This document shows, piece by piece, positions 1 through 9,700 of a DNA stretch of 64,000 nucleotides. The first letter of the stretch is position 1, and every line of letters starts with the position of its first letter. The translations under genes and the position numbers were made by a program. Origin of the DNA: Verrucomicrobiota bacterium (lineage in GTDB: Bacteria; Verrucomicrobiota; Kiritimatiellia; CAJWTS01). Below the pieces are notes generated by a model. That model was not told the DNA's origin and searched no databases. It was given only the letters and a program-made list of their open reading frames with translations. The stretch is taken from NCBI GenBank assembly GCA_027623315.1, contig JAQBYD010000006.1:27209-91208 (forward strand), given 5' to 3'.

Positions 1-232
1 CGCCAAGCGGGCGACGCTCTCGAAGTGCTGCACGCTGAAGTCATCGTCGGCGACGACGATTCCGAATTCCTCTTCAAGACCGACGACCAACTCGAGAAGA
101 CTAACCGAGTCCACGTCGTAGTCTTCCACCAGCGACTTATCGGATTCCAGTTCTTCCGGCTGTATTCTCATGAAGAGGCGCTCTACGATCATGGCCTTGA
201 GGCGCGATTCTGTGTCGTCTGTCATGGATCCA
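1..232 (-). CDS. Acyl carrier protein, 5' part complete, 3' end cut by window edge
   Basis: My own translation of the minus strand from the ATG at 232-230: MTDDTESRLKAMIVERLFMRIQPEELESDKSLVEDYDVDSVSLLELVVGLEEEFGIVVADDDFSVQHFESVARLA. ACP size, acidic helix II and a DxDS(V)S phosphopantetheine-site-like motif. Not in the ORF track because it reaches the window edge. Confidence 0.75.
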
Positions 233-240
233 TTCTCCTT

Positions 241-1113
241 TCACACAATGGGCAGTTCGGTCACGCTGTCAAACGCCGGCGTGCAGATCTCGCGCCACTG
301 CGTCTCCTCATCGGGAGGTCCTTCTTCGTTCTCAAAGAGATGGCGCCAGCGCTGCTTGAACAGCATGCCGTGTTTGATGATCAGGTACGTATTCGGTAGA
401 GAATCCGTATTGGCCGTCGTGACGCTTTCAAAGTGATACATCTCCACGGTTGGGAGGTAGTGAGCCGTGTGGCCGCGCGAGCGCGCGCGATACACCAGAT
501 CAAAATCTTCGAACTCGACGGGATTGAAGGCCTCGTCGAACCCGCGGCACTCATCGAGCACGGCGCGTTTGAACATGACGCAGGCGCTGATCAGGCATTG
601 CACCTCTACGGTCTGGTTGAAGGCCGGGGCATCGCGGGCCTCGCCACGGCCGCGAAACTGCACGCGGCCGGACCTTGAGATGCCGACGCCGGCGCACTGG
701 ATGTGATGCGGTGGGTAGGGGTAGATTAGTTTGGGCCCGACCATGCCGCGCGCGGGTTCGGCGTCGAGCGCGTCCATCAAGTCCTGCAGCCAGGATCGCG
801 TGCACAGGGCCACGTCATTGTCGATGAACACGATGTGGGACCCATGCGCCCGTTCGATGCCCTGGTTGCGCGCGGTCGAGCAGCCGATGTTGGAGTCGTT
901 GTGGTGGACCGTCACCTTGACCCCGCTGGATTCCGCCCGGCTCGAGAACTCTTCGAGCCACTCCGACGTGCCATCGGTTGAACCATTGTCGATGATGATC
1001 ATTTCCCAGCTGGGATAATCCGTCTGCAGCAACGTCTGGAGGCAACGTGCAGTCACCTCCAGCTTGTTATGCGTCAGCGCGATGATGGAGATTAGAGGGG
1101 GCATAGCTATCAT
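241..1113 (-). CDS. Family 2 glycosyltransferase (GT-A)
   Basis: 290 aa. N-terminal IIALTHNKLEVTARCLQTLL...IIIDNGSTDGT and FIDNDV (DxD) are typical of GT2. Lies 8 nt upstream of the ACP gene on the same strand. Confidence 0.8.
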   Translation of the reverse strand: MIAMPPLISIIALTHNKLEVTARCLQTLLQTDYPSWEMIIIDNGSTDGTSEWLEEFSSRAESSGVKVTVHHNDSNIGCSTARNQGIERAHGSHIVFIDNDVALCTRSWLQDLMDALDAEPARGMVGPKLIYPYPPHHIQCAGVGISRSGRVQFRGRGEARDAPAFNQTVEVQCLISACVMFKRAVLDECRGFDEAFNPVEFEDFDLVYRARSRGHTAHYLPTVEMYHFESVTTANTDSLPNTYLIIKHGMLFKQRWRHLFENEEGPPDEETQWREICTPAFDSVTELPIV

Positions 1114-1143
1114 TCAGAACTATCCGTTACACGCACCCGCGCA

Positions 1144-2121
1144 TTATCCTGTTAACTCCCTGGCGGCTCGAACGATGTCCGCGCGGCCCGGCAGCGCTGC
1201 ATCTTCGAGGATCGGGCTGGCCGGGATGGGAACGTCGGGTGTCGTGACGCGCTTGATCGGAGCGTCAAGGTAGTCGAATACGTCTTCGAAGATGCGGCAT
1301 CCGATCTCGGAGCTGACGCTGCAGACGCGCGGCGATTCGTCTGTGATGATTACGCGACCCGTCTTGCGCACAGACTCGGCGATCGTCTGCATGTCGAGCG
1401 GCTTGAGCGTTCGCAGGTCGAGAACTTCGGCCCGGATGCCGTCCTCCTCGAGTTGCGCAGCGGCGGCCTCGGCCTCGATGGCCCCACGGCCCCATCCGAT
1501 GATGGTGATGTCTTCACCCTCGACGGCGATCCGGGCCTTCCCGATGGGGATCGTCGTGCGTGACGTCTTGGGGACGGGCCCGCGTGTGGAGTAAAGCGAC
1601 TTCTGTTCGATGAAAATGACAGGGTTGTCGTCCCGGATCGCGGACTTCAGAAGGCCCTTGGCGTCGGCGGGGGTCGCGGGAGCGACCACCGTGAGTCCCG
1701 GCGTATGCATGAACCACGATTCGAACGTCTGGGAATGCGTCGGTCCGTAACGACGACCGCCACCGGCTGCGGCACGAATCACAATCGGGCATTTGGCCTG
1801 CGGACCGTACACGTACCTCAGTTTCGCGGCCTGGTTAACGATCGGATCCATCGCCAGGGGGATGAAGTCCATGAACATGATCTCAACCACCGGGCGCGAC
1901 CCCATCAGCGATGCGCCGACGGCGATTCCCACAAATCCTGCCTCGGAGATCGGGGTGTCGATAACGCGCTGCGGGCCGAAGGTGTCGAGCATGCCGCGCG
2001 TCACGCCGAAAGCCCCGCCATAGGGGCCGATGTCTTCGCCCATCACGAAGACGTTACCGTCGCGGCGTAGTTCCTCGGTCAAAGCCTCGCGCAGGGCATC
2101 GCTGTAGCTGATGGTTCTCAT
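1144..2121 (-). CDS. 2-oxoacid (pyruvate/acetoin/branched-chain) dehydrogenase E1 component, beta subunit
   Basis: 325 aa, transketolase-like fold. Motifs MGEDIG...GGAFGVTRG, IDTPISEAGFVG. Overlaps the E1-alpha stop by 4 nt. Confidence 0.85.
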   Translation of the reverse strand: MRTISYSDALREALTEELRRDGNVFVMGEDIGPYGGAFGVTRGMLDTFGPQRVIDTPISEAGFVGIAVGASLMGSRPVVEIMFMDFIPLAMDPIVNQAAKLRYVYGPQAKCPIVIRAAAGGGRRYGPTHSQTFESWFMHTPGLTVVAPATPADAKGLLKSAIRDDNPVIFIEQKSLYSTRGPVPKTSRTTIPIGKARIAVEGEDITIIGWGRGAIEAEAAAAQLEEDGIRAEVLDLRTLKPLDMQTIAESVRKTGRVIITDESPRVCSVSSEIGCRIFEDVFDYLDAPIKRVTTPDVPIPASPILEDAALPGRADIVRAARELTG

Positions 2122-3077
2122 ACGGTGACCCCATCGAGTAACGTGGCGGGGTCGGGGTCCGGGCTCTGCTTGGCGAATTTTACGGCGGCGCTGACGATGC
2201 GCCGCACGTTGGCCTTGATCTCCTGATCAACTTCCGACGACAGGATGCCTTCGCGGCGAAGGGTTTTGGCCAGTGCCGCGATGGGGTCACGGCGGGCCCA
2301 CGCCTGTTCTTCTTCACGGGAACGGTACTTTCGCGGGTCGCCGCGGGAATGCCCGGAACGTCGATACGTCTTGCATTCGATCAGGGTCGGGCCTTCGCCG
2401 TCGCGTGCGCGGCGACAAGCCTTGCGCGTAACGTCCAGCACCGCGCGGAGGTCGTTGCCGTCGACCGCCGTGCCGGGAATGCCATAGCTGTCCGCGCGCC
2501 GCGCGATGTCGGTGATCGCCATCGAGTCCTCCACGTTCATCGACATGGCGTAGCGGTTGTTCTCGCAGACGAAGAGGACCGGCACTTTCCAGATCGCTGC
2601 CATGTTCAACGACTCGTGAAAGCTGCCCTGGTTGGCTGCACCATCTCCGAAGAAACACACGACGAGCCCTTGCGTGCCCTTCTGCTTGAGGGAGAGGGCT
2701 GCGCCCGTGGCCAGCGCGATGCTGCCGCCGGTGATGCCGTTGGCACCGAGAAATCCAAGTTTGAAATCAGCCATGACCTGGCTGCCACCGCGTCCGCGGG
2801 AGTAACCGGTTTCCTTGCCGAACAATTCGGCCATGATGCGTGACGGATCGCCGCCGCAAGCGATGAAGTGCCCGTGACCCCGATGCGTGCTGGTCACGTA
2901 GTCTCCCTTTCGCAGAGAGTCGCATACACCCACGGCCGTGGCTTCCTGCCCGATCGCGGGATGCGCGGTTCCTGCGATCAGGCCTTTGCTAAAGAGCTCT
3001 TCGACGCGTTCTTCAAAGCGCCTGATCACCAGCATCGTTTGGTACTGTTTGAGACTTTTCTTCACATTAGGTGTCAC
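2118..3077 (-). CDS. 2-oxoacid dehydrogenase E1 component, alpha subunit (TPP-dependent)
   Basis: 319 aa. TPP-binding GDGAANQG...NN motif, HRGHGH and YRxxGHS motifs typical of PdhA/AcoA/BkdA. Confidence 0.85.
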   Translation of the reverse strand: MTPNVKKSLKQYQTMLVIRRFEERVEELFSKGLIAGTAHPAIGQEATAVGVCDSLRKGDYVTSTHRGHGHFIACGGDPSRIMAELFGKETGYSRGRGGSQVMADFKLGFLGANGITGGSIALATGAALSLKQKGTQGLVVCFFGDGAANQGSFHESLNMAAIWKVPVLFVCENNRYAMSMNVEDSMAITDIARRADSYGIPGTAVDGNDLRAVLDVTRKACRRARDGEGPTLIECKTYRRSGHSRGDPRKYRSREEEQAWARRDPIAALAKTLRREGILSSEVDQEIKANVRRIVSAAVKFAKQSPDPDPATLLDGVTV

Positions 3078-4266
3078 TTTTACACAGAGACAGGGTGGCG
3101 ACTGTACCGCCGGGATCGGCCGTCGTCACGAGCATGTTTTCCAACGGCGCCCCGCGTGTGGAGTCCGTAATCGGCGCAACCCTGGCCGCCGGGTCCGGGT
3201 TATCCGCATGGAGTGTAGCTGGAAGCACGCCTGATTCCATAATCAGGATTGCAGCGGCACTTTGAAGGGCCGAGGCGCATCCGCCCGTGTTGCCGAATAT
3301 CGGTACCAGGCTCGTGACCGGAATGGGGTTAGGCTGCTCGTCGAGGAATGCACCGATCCCGGCGCCCAACCAGAGGTCTTGCTCCACGCTTCCGTTGCCC
3401 CCGGCGCAGATCGCATGCGGCGTTCGCGTGGTCGCGGCGGCAAGGGAATGATGCACGGTCGCGGCATATCCGCTCGACTCGACGCCGGCGGCCAGCGAGG
3501 CGCCGGTGATCTCGCCGAGGATCGCGGCTCCGCGCGCGCGCGCGTGGTCGCGCGACTCCAGGACCAAGGTTACCGCGCCTTCGCCGAGCACCGTGCCGTT
3601 GCGGTGAGCCGAGAAGGGGGCGCAACACTCGTCTCCACCGTCGCCCGGCGACAGCTCTCCGAGTTCGCTAAGCCCTTCATAGGCCGCCAGGCTGAGAGCG
3701 TCGACGCCCCCCGCCAGGGCCAGGTCGCAGCGTCCGGTCCGGATCCGGTCGTATGCGTCGATGATGGCGCAGCCGGATGCCACGTTTCCCGACGCGTAGT
3801 TGGCATGGTAACCGCAAATGCCGAACTCTATGGCGATCAGGCTGATCGGCGTGTTGGAGTAGGTATGTGGGAAGAGAAACGGTTTCACCAGCCGGGGGCC
3901 CTTGGCCACAAGGTCCTCGAAGAACAGCGCCATGGTGTCCATGCATCCGAAAGCGGAACCGTAGAAGAGTGCCGCGTTCGCTACGTCCTCCCGGGACAGG
4001 CCCGCGTCGTCGAGGGCGAGTTGGGTGGCGCCCAGGGCAAACTGCGAGGCGCGGTCGAGATAGGTCTGACGCGTCTGCAGGATCTGCTCGAGATCGAAGT
4101 CGCGAATCTCCGCGGCGCGCCGCGTCGGCATGCCTTCGACGTCGAACAAGGTGATGTCGTGGATGCCCGATGTCGCGCTCTCGAGAGCCTGCCGCGTGGC
4201 CACGCGGCCCGTGCCGATCGCGGAGACGGGGCCGATTCCGGTGATGACGACGTCACGTGTGCTCAT
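3067..4266 (-). CDS. Beta-ketoacyl synthase-like protein, KS-beta/CLF-like partner with degenerate active site
   Basis: 399 aa, thiolase/KAS fold. Aligns to FabF but the position of the second catalytic His (KSMTGHLLG) reads FGNTGGCAS, and the Cys position is ambiguous (GNVASGCAII). Overlaps the downstream KS by 4 nt (ATGA). Confidence 0.65.
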   Translation of the reverse strand: MSTRDVVITGIGPVSAIGTGRVATRQALESATSGIHDITLFDVEGMPTRRAAEIRDFDLEQILQTRQTYLDRASQFALGATQLALDDAGLSREDVANAALFYGSAFGCMDTMALFFEDLVAKGPRLVKPFLFPHTYSNTPISLIAIEFGICGYHANYASGNVASGCAIIDAYDRIRTGRCDLALAGGVDALSLAAYEGLSELGELSPGDGGDECCAPFSAHRNGTVLGEGAVTLVLESRDHARARGAAILGEITGASLAAGVESSGYAATVHHSLAAATTRTPHAICAGGNGSVEQDLWLGAGIGAFLDEQPNPIPVTSLVPIFGNTGGCASALQSAAAILIMESGVLPATLHADNPDPAARVAPITDSTRGAPLENMLVTTADPGGTVATLSLCKSDT

Positions 4267-5465
4267 CGACTTCTGGCCTCACGAAGTACGAGCGCGGCAT
4301 TGGTCCCACCGATCCCGGCCGAATTGGAAAGCACGCAACGCGTGGTGTGCTCACGCGGTTGATCACGAACGAGATCGATGTCGCAAGCCGGATCCGGTTG
4401 ATCCGCGTTGAGGGTCGGCGGGATCAGGCCGCTACGGATAGTCATGATGGAGGCGATCGCCTCGGCACTTCCCGCGGCTCCCATCATGTGGCCCGTGGCG
4501 GACTTGTTGGCGGTGACGGGCAGGGACGAAGCGCGCGCACCGAAGACTTCATGAATTGCGGTCGATTCGGCGACGTCGTTATGGGGCGTCGCCGTTCCAT
4601 GCGCATTGACGTGGTCGATCGCGTCGGCTGCCATGCCGGCGTCCGCGAGTGCCATGCGCATGACGTCGGTCGTGCCTTTGCTATCCTTGGACGGTGCGGT
4701 GAGATGATAGGCGTTGTTGTTCAGCGCGTACCCGCTGAGTTCCGCGTATATCGGCGCGCCACGCTGGTGGGCATGGTCTTCGCTCTCCACGATCAGAACG
4801 CCGGCTCCTTCGCTGAAAATGGTGCCGTCTCGCCGGGCGTCGAACGGGCGCACCGCGTCGTGGGACATGGCGCGCAGGGCGCTCAGACCGCTCCACGCGA
4901 AACGGGAGAGCACGTCGTAGCCGCCGGTGAGAACCATCTCGGCCCGCCCGGCCCGAATCCAGTCGGCGGCCAGTCCCATCGCGGCTGTGCCGGAGCTACA
5001 CGAGAGCGACAGAACGCTGCGCGGGCCGGTGAAGCACCACGTGTTGGCGACGTGGTCGGCGCTGCGCAGAAAGCCGTACTCGCTGAAGTCCTCCAGGCCC
5101 GATGCTTCGCTGGACTCGCCGAGCAGATGCTCCGCCGAGGTGATGCCGCCGAAGTTGGAGGCGGCGATGACAGCGACCCTGGCGAGGTCGACGTTCGCGG
5201 TGGCGAGCTGCGCGTCGGCGACGGCCTCGTCTGCAGCGGTCAGTAGGAACTGTGTTGCCAGGTTCGCATGACGGCCCGCGGCCGCGATGTGGGCCGGAAG
5301 TTCAAAAGAGGAGATCTCGCCACCACGCGTAAAGGGAAACCCTTCAGTATCGAAGCGCGTGATCTCTCGAATTCCGCACTGCCCTTCGAGCAGGGCGGTC
5401 CAGAACGCATCGACGCCATTGCCGATCGGCGAGACGATTCCCATTCCGGTTACGACAACAGACAC
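4263..5465 (-). CDS. Beta-ketoacyl-ACP synthase II-like (KS-alpha) with complete Cys-His-His triad
   Basis: 400 aa. LSLSCSSGTAAM (Cys), HVNAHGTATPHND (His) and KSATGHMMGAAG (His) match the FabF/KAS II catalytic motifs. Confidence 0.85.
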   Translation of the reverse strand: MSVVVTGMGIVSPIGNGVDAFWTALLEGQCGIREITRFDTEGFPFTRGGEISSFELPAHIAAAGRHANLATQFLLTAADEAVADAQLATANVDLARVAVIAASNFGGITSAEHLLGESSEASGLEDFSEYGFLRSADHVANTWCFTGPRSVLSLSCSSGTAAMGLAADWIRAGRAEMVLTGGYDVLSRFAWSGLSALRAMSHDAVRPFDARRDGTIFSEGAGVLIVESEDHAHQRGAPIYAELSGYALNNNAYHLTAPSKDSKGTTDVMRMALADAGMAADAIDHVNAHGTATPHNDVAESTAIHEVFGARASSLPVTANKSATGHMMGAAGSAEAIASIMTIRSGLIPPTLNADQPDPACDIDLVRDQPREHTTRCVLSNSAGIGGTNAALVLREARSR

Positions 5466-5509
5466 GAATGATCTCCTCTTGAACTACCTAATCTACTAAG
5501 CCTGATCCA

Positions 5510-6253
5510 TTACATCACCATGCCGCCATCGACCGACAAGACCTGGCCGGTAATGTAACCCGATCGATCCGAGGCGAGAAAGATCGCGGCCCGGGCGACA
5601 TCGTCGGGTTCGCCGAAGTGTCCGAGTGGTACTCGCTCGAGCAGGGCGGCGCGCTTAGCGTCGCTAAGCGCTTTGATCATATCGGTTTCGATCACCCCGG
5701 GAGCGATCGCATTCGCGGTAACGCCAGACGTCGCAAACTCGCGCGCGGCGGCCTTGGTCAGGCCGATCATGCCGGCCTTTGCTGCCACGTAGCTGGCGCG
5801 CATTGCGTCTCCCGTGATGCCCGCTGCAGAACTGATATTGATAATGCGGCCGTAGCGTGCGCGCATCATGTCCCGGCCGACGGCCTTGATGCAGGTAAAC
5901 GCGCCGCGAAGATTGATGTCCACCACGTCGTCCCACTCCTGGTCGCTCATAAACGTGATCGGCTTGTCGCGAAGGACGCCGGCGTTGTTCACGAGGATTC
6001 CGACAGGACCGAGTGCAGCTCGGACCTCGGCAACCATTTTCGCGACTGCCTCGGTGTCGCGCACATCGGTTCGGACGGCAACCGCGCTCCCACCCGCCTC
6101 GTCAATCTCGCGCACGGTGTCGGCCGCCGCGTCGGCATCGTTCACGTAGTTGATACCGACGGCTGCCCCGGCTCGGGCAAGTGCCATGGCTATGGCGCGG
6201 CCGATACCGCGTGATCCGCCGGTGACGAGCGCTGTCCGGCCCGCGAGGGTCAT
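5510..6253 (-). CDS. fabG: 3-oxoacyl-ACP reductase (SDR family, FabG-like)
   Basis: 247 aa. TGGSRGIGRAIA Rossmann motif, NNAG, S...YxxxK (SYVAAK) catalytic motif. Closest general match is FabG. Confidence 0.85.
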   Translation of the reverse strand: MTLAGRTALVTGGSRGIGRAIAMALARAGAAVGINYVNDADAAADTVREIDEAGGSAVAVRTDVRDTEAVAKMVAEVRAALGPVGILVNNAGVLRDKPITFMSDQEWDDVVDINLRGAFTCIKAVGRDMMRARYGRIINISSAAGITGDAMRASYVAAKAGMIGLTKAAAREFATSGVTANAIAPGVIETDMIKALSDAKRAALLERVPLGHFGEPDDVARAAIFLASDRSGYITGQVLSVDGGMVM

Positions 6254-6732
6254 GGCTTGGCCGCTGTGCGAACCATTTCTTCACTGACGATCTCGCTATC
6301 GCCGGCAGCCGCGACATCCGTGAGATCGATCCCGAGTTCGCGGGCGAGTCGTCGCGCTGCCGGCGTAGCGCGGACCCGCGCGCGTGGTCCGCTCGAGCGC
6401 TTTTTGGGTTGGGTCTTGCGCGATGTCTCGGCGCGCGCACGATGCTCTGTCATGAGCGTCTTGTTCTCCGGGTCGACATCGGGCAGTGGATCCGATGCGC
6501 TCCCGATGAGCGCAATCACGTAGTGCACGGGGACGTTGCTTTTCACAGGGGCAACGATTCTGCGAAGGGTCCCTGCCTTCGGCGATTCGAACTCGAAGGC
6601 GGTCTTGTCGGTAGTGACCTCGGCGATGGGTTCCTCTTTGCGGACCTTGTCGCCCTCGTTCTTCAGCCAGGCCGTTATCGTGGCCTCCTCGATATTAGCG
6701 CTTAGCTTGGGCATTCGTATCTTTGCGATCAT
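6250..6732 (-). CDS. Lipoyl-domain plus E3/E1-binding (PSBD) protein lacking the E2 acyltransferase catalytic domain
   Basis: 160 aa. N-terminal MPKLSANIEEATITAWLKNEGDKV...EVTTDKTAFEFESPKAGTL is a canonical lipoyl domain with the lipoyl-lysine in TDKT. An Ala/Pro-rich linker follows, then ATPAARRLARELGIDLTDV, a peripheral-subunit-binding domain. It stops there, with no CAT domain. Confidence 0.75.
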   Translation of the reverse strand: MIAKIRMPKLSANIEEATITAWLKNEGDKVRKEEPIAEVTTDKTAFEFESPKAGTLRRIVAPVKSNVPVHYVIALIGSASDPLPDVDPENKTLMTEHRARAETSRKTQPKKRSSGPRARVRATPAARRLARELGIDLTDVAAAGDSEIVSEEMVRTAAKP

Positions 6733-6764
6733 GTCTCGACGGTCCTCAACGTGCTGGAGCGGCC

Positions 6765-9700
6765 TCAGCCGCCCTGCTTGTCCGGCGCGGCCTTAATCGA
6801 CGCGGTCTCACTCGCGTCCGGACGGAGGCCGGGGACGGTGCCGCCCGGCAGCGGCAGACGAAACGGCGGCGAAGCGTTACCGGCCTTGTCACGCACCTCG
6901 ACGCTGATCCAGCTGCCTTTCGCGGGTGCAACCTGCGCCTGCGCCGGAGCAACGCTCAGCGAATCGGTTTCGTTCGCGACCCACCATCTGACGCCCGCCA
7001 CACCGCTCGCGTCATACGCGTCCAGGGTCACTTCGTCGGTCTCCTTCCATTCTCGCATCACGAAGAATGACTCGATGTCCAATGGGGAGATCTTATTCGT
7101 ACTGGCCTGGTGTAGAGATAGGCTGGTGATGGGCCGTTTGAGCAGGAGTTCGATCGGCTCCGCCTCGTCTTTTTCTTTAGCGGCGACGATGTTGTTCATC
7201 AATTCTTCGAACTCATCTTCTTCTGCCTGTGACTCGAGCAGCTTCTTCAGATCGACGATGACGGGTTGCCACTGCCCCGCCTTCCATGTGACGGGGTGAT
7301 CGAGTGCCAGGGCCCCTTTGCGCGGCGTCGGACCGGACAGGTGAACGGTGTAGTTGAGGTCCTTTCCCATCGTGAACGTCATCTCGATATTCGTCTCGTC
7401 GTCTTCTGCCACGGATGGCCTGCGCAGGCGCATCGCGATCAAGGGATGCTCCCCCGCTCGCCATATGTTGGGTTTGGCGAATGCCTGCGTCACCCACGCG
7501 TTGGTCATGGCTTCCGCGGCCGAGAAACGGGCGAAGGGGATCGGCCCATTGGTGCGAATGAGCGAGACGGTCGCGCCCTTGATGCCCGGTTCGAAAGTCG
7601 ATTTGAGAATCGCCGTGTTTTCGTACCCGGCGCTCCAGAGGATGTTGGAGGGATACGCGATCGAGAGAAGTGTTGGAGGCATCTTGTCTTTCGAGTAGTC
7701 GGAGGCAAACGGTACGCGCAGGTCCTCGACCGGGTTCCCTGCGCCGTCGCGAATATCGGAGAGAACCATCCAGTTGGTCACGCCATCCGTCGATGCTCGC
7801 AATGGTTGTCGGAAGCAGTAGGCCCAGGAGATCCCGAGCGTGTCCTTGTCCGGCGAATGGGCAAAGGTTGAACGCTCCAGGGGAAAGCTGAGAACGTCCT
7901 CGTTCCAACGCGCCTTCACGGTGGAGTAGTCCAGCGGAGCTCCAGAGCCCTGGAAGAAGTGAATCGCGATCTGGCCATCATTGGAGTAGGCCTTGCTGGC
8001 CTCGTCGAAGCGATAGTTACGACGCGGTGGCTCGCGATCCAGCAGGAATGGAATATCGGTAACCGACGACGATGTTCCCTTGGTGTCGGCCGCTCTAAAG
8101 AGGATGTGATGCCGGCCGTCTTCAAGACCGGCGAGGTCGGGGGTGGCCTGGTCGGCATTGGGAATTGCACGCCAGGGAAGGGCGGCGATGGCCGAGGCGT
8201 CGAGGTCCGCCGCCGGGGTCGCGCCGGGCAGAACGGCGATGGAGACCGAGGCGATCCCGTCAGGATCGGAGTAGTTCGGGGTCATGGCAAGTTGGGCGGC
8301 CTCGCGCACGGCTGGACCAAAGACGAGATCGTCGATCTCCCACCGGGTATAGAGTCCGGACTGGTCGACCGCGTGCTTGGAGCCGAAATTAACACTCGGC
8401 ATCAGGTAGTGCTCGTGATCGAACTTCGGATCCAGGGCGGCGCGACTGACGGGGCCGTGCCAGGTGTGCCACTGATCGTCGAGGGTCAGCGAGTCTCCTA
8501 CGACCTGACCGGTTTTGTCCTCGCTCAGGTGCACCACGTACGTGCCGAGCGCGAGAGATACGCGCCCCAGGCGCGGTGCGCGGTAACGAAACTGGAAGAT
8601 GGGAAACCGGGCCAGGTTGATCTTGCGGTTGATGCCGGCCGCCAGCCGGTGCGCGGCGCCAAAGTTGCGAACTCGCAACGCTCGTCCCTGCAGAGGGTCG
8701 TCGTGCTGGAGCGTGATTCGCGGGGGCGTTATGGCCAGACCTTGCGGTGGTGTGTCGGCTTCGAAGTTGATGAATAGCAACGACTCGTTGGCTAGTTCGG
8801 TCAACTCCGGGCGCTCGGGTAGGGGGCGTTCACTCCATTGGAGTTTGATTGCGTACGGACGCTGCCCCGCTTTGAATGTCCCTTCGAGAATGGGGGACTC
8901 TGCGTCCGTGAATGGCGAGCCTCGCGGGATTGTGGCCATGCGGCTGAACCCCGGCCCACGGACCAGCGGGACCGGAACTTTGGCGAGGGCCAACGTTCCC
9001 ATGATGAAACGCGGATCGGGATAATCCCCATCGTGTTGGATCAGGATGGTGCCCGTCCGATTGGTGGACCATGCGGCCGAAACGGCCAGCGACTCCGGCA
9101 GGTGAATCCACGCGATCGGGACGCGGTGCAGGCCGTTCGAGGACGCGTACTCCAAACGGTGATGTTGCAGGGCGGGATATGTCTGGGCCACGGTCCACGT
9201 GTTCAACTTCTCAAGCGTCTTGAACTCATGCGACGGCCCGCCCGCCTCGGGAGTGGTTTTGAACGGGGCGGTTGCGGTCCCGGACTTCGCGATCTCGAAC
9301 GCGGGCGGCACGTAGCGAACTTCGCGCAGGCCCTTGACGGCATAGGCGGCGCTGGGCCCGTTTCCGTGGAGGCCCTGCGCGACGAAGCTGGGTTGTAGAT
9401 TCCCGAATCCGGCGATTTGAACCACGAGGCCTGCGCGCTCGTCCTGACGAAGTTCAAGCTCTGGAAGCCAGACCTTGACGCGCTGCCAGTCTTCATTCTG
9501 GTGCCATCGGTCCCCGGACATGCTGACCGGGTCAACCGGCGAGCTGCCGGCCGCCGCGAACGTCTTGTCCGGGTTCTCCGATCCTGAGAGGTGGTGAAAG
9601 TACCGCCGCGCCACCACGAACCTGTTCGAAGGGGATAGCGTTCCGACGTCAAGATGGAAATTGAACTGGGCGCCGGGCGTGCGTTTGACGTCGAACTCCA

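Noticed and set aside
25-436. Plus-strand ORFs 25..399 and 170..436 at the left edge
   Set aside because: They are antisense to the clearly recognisable ACP (minus, 232..1) and to the GT2 3' end. No motif. High-GC artefacts.
3262-5246. Long plus-strand ORFs 3262..4362 (366 aa) and 4257..5246 (329 aa)
   Set aside because: Arg/Gly/Ala-rich, no motifs, and entirely antisense to the two well-supported KS genes. Typical shadow ORFs of high-GC DNA.
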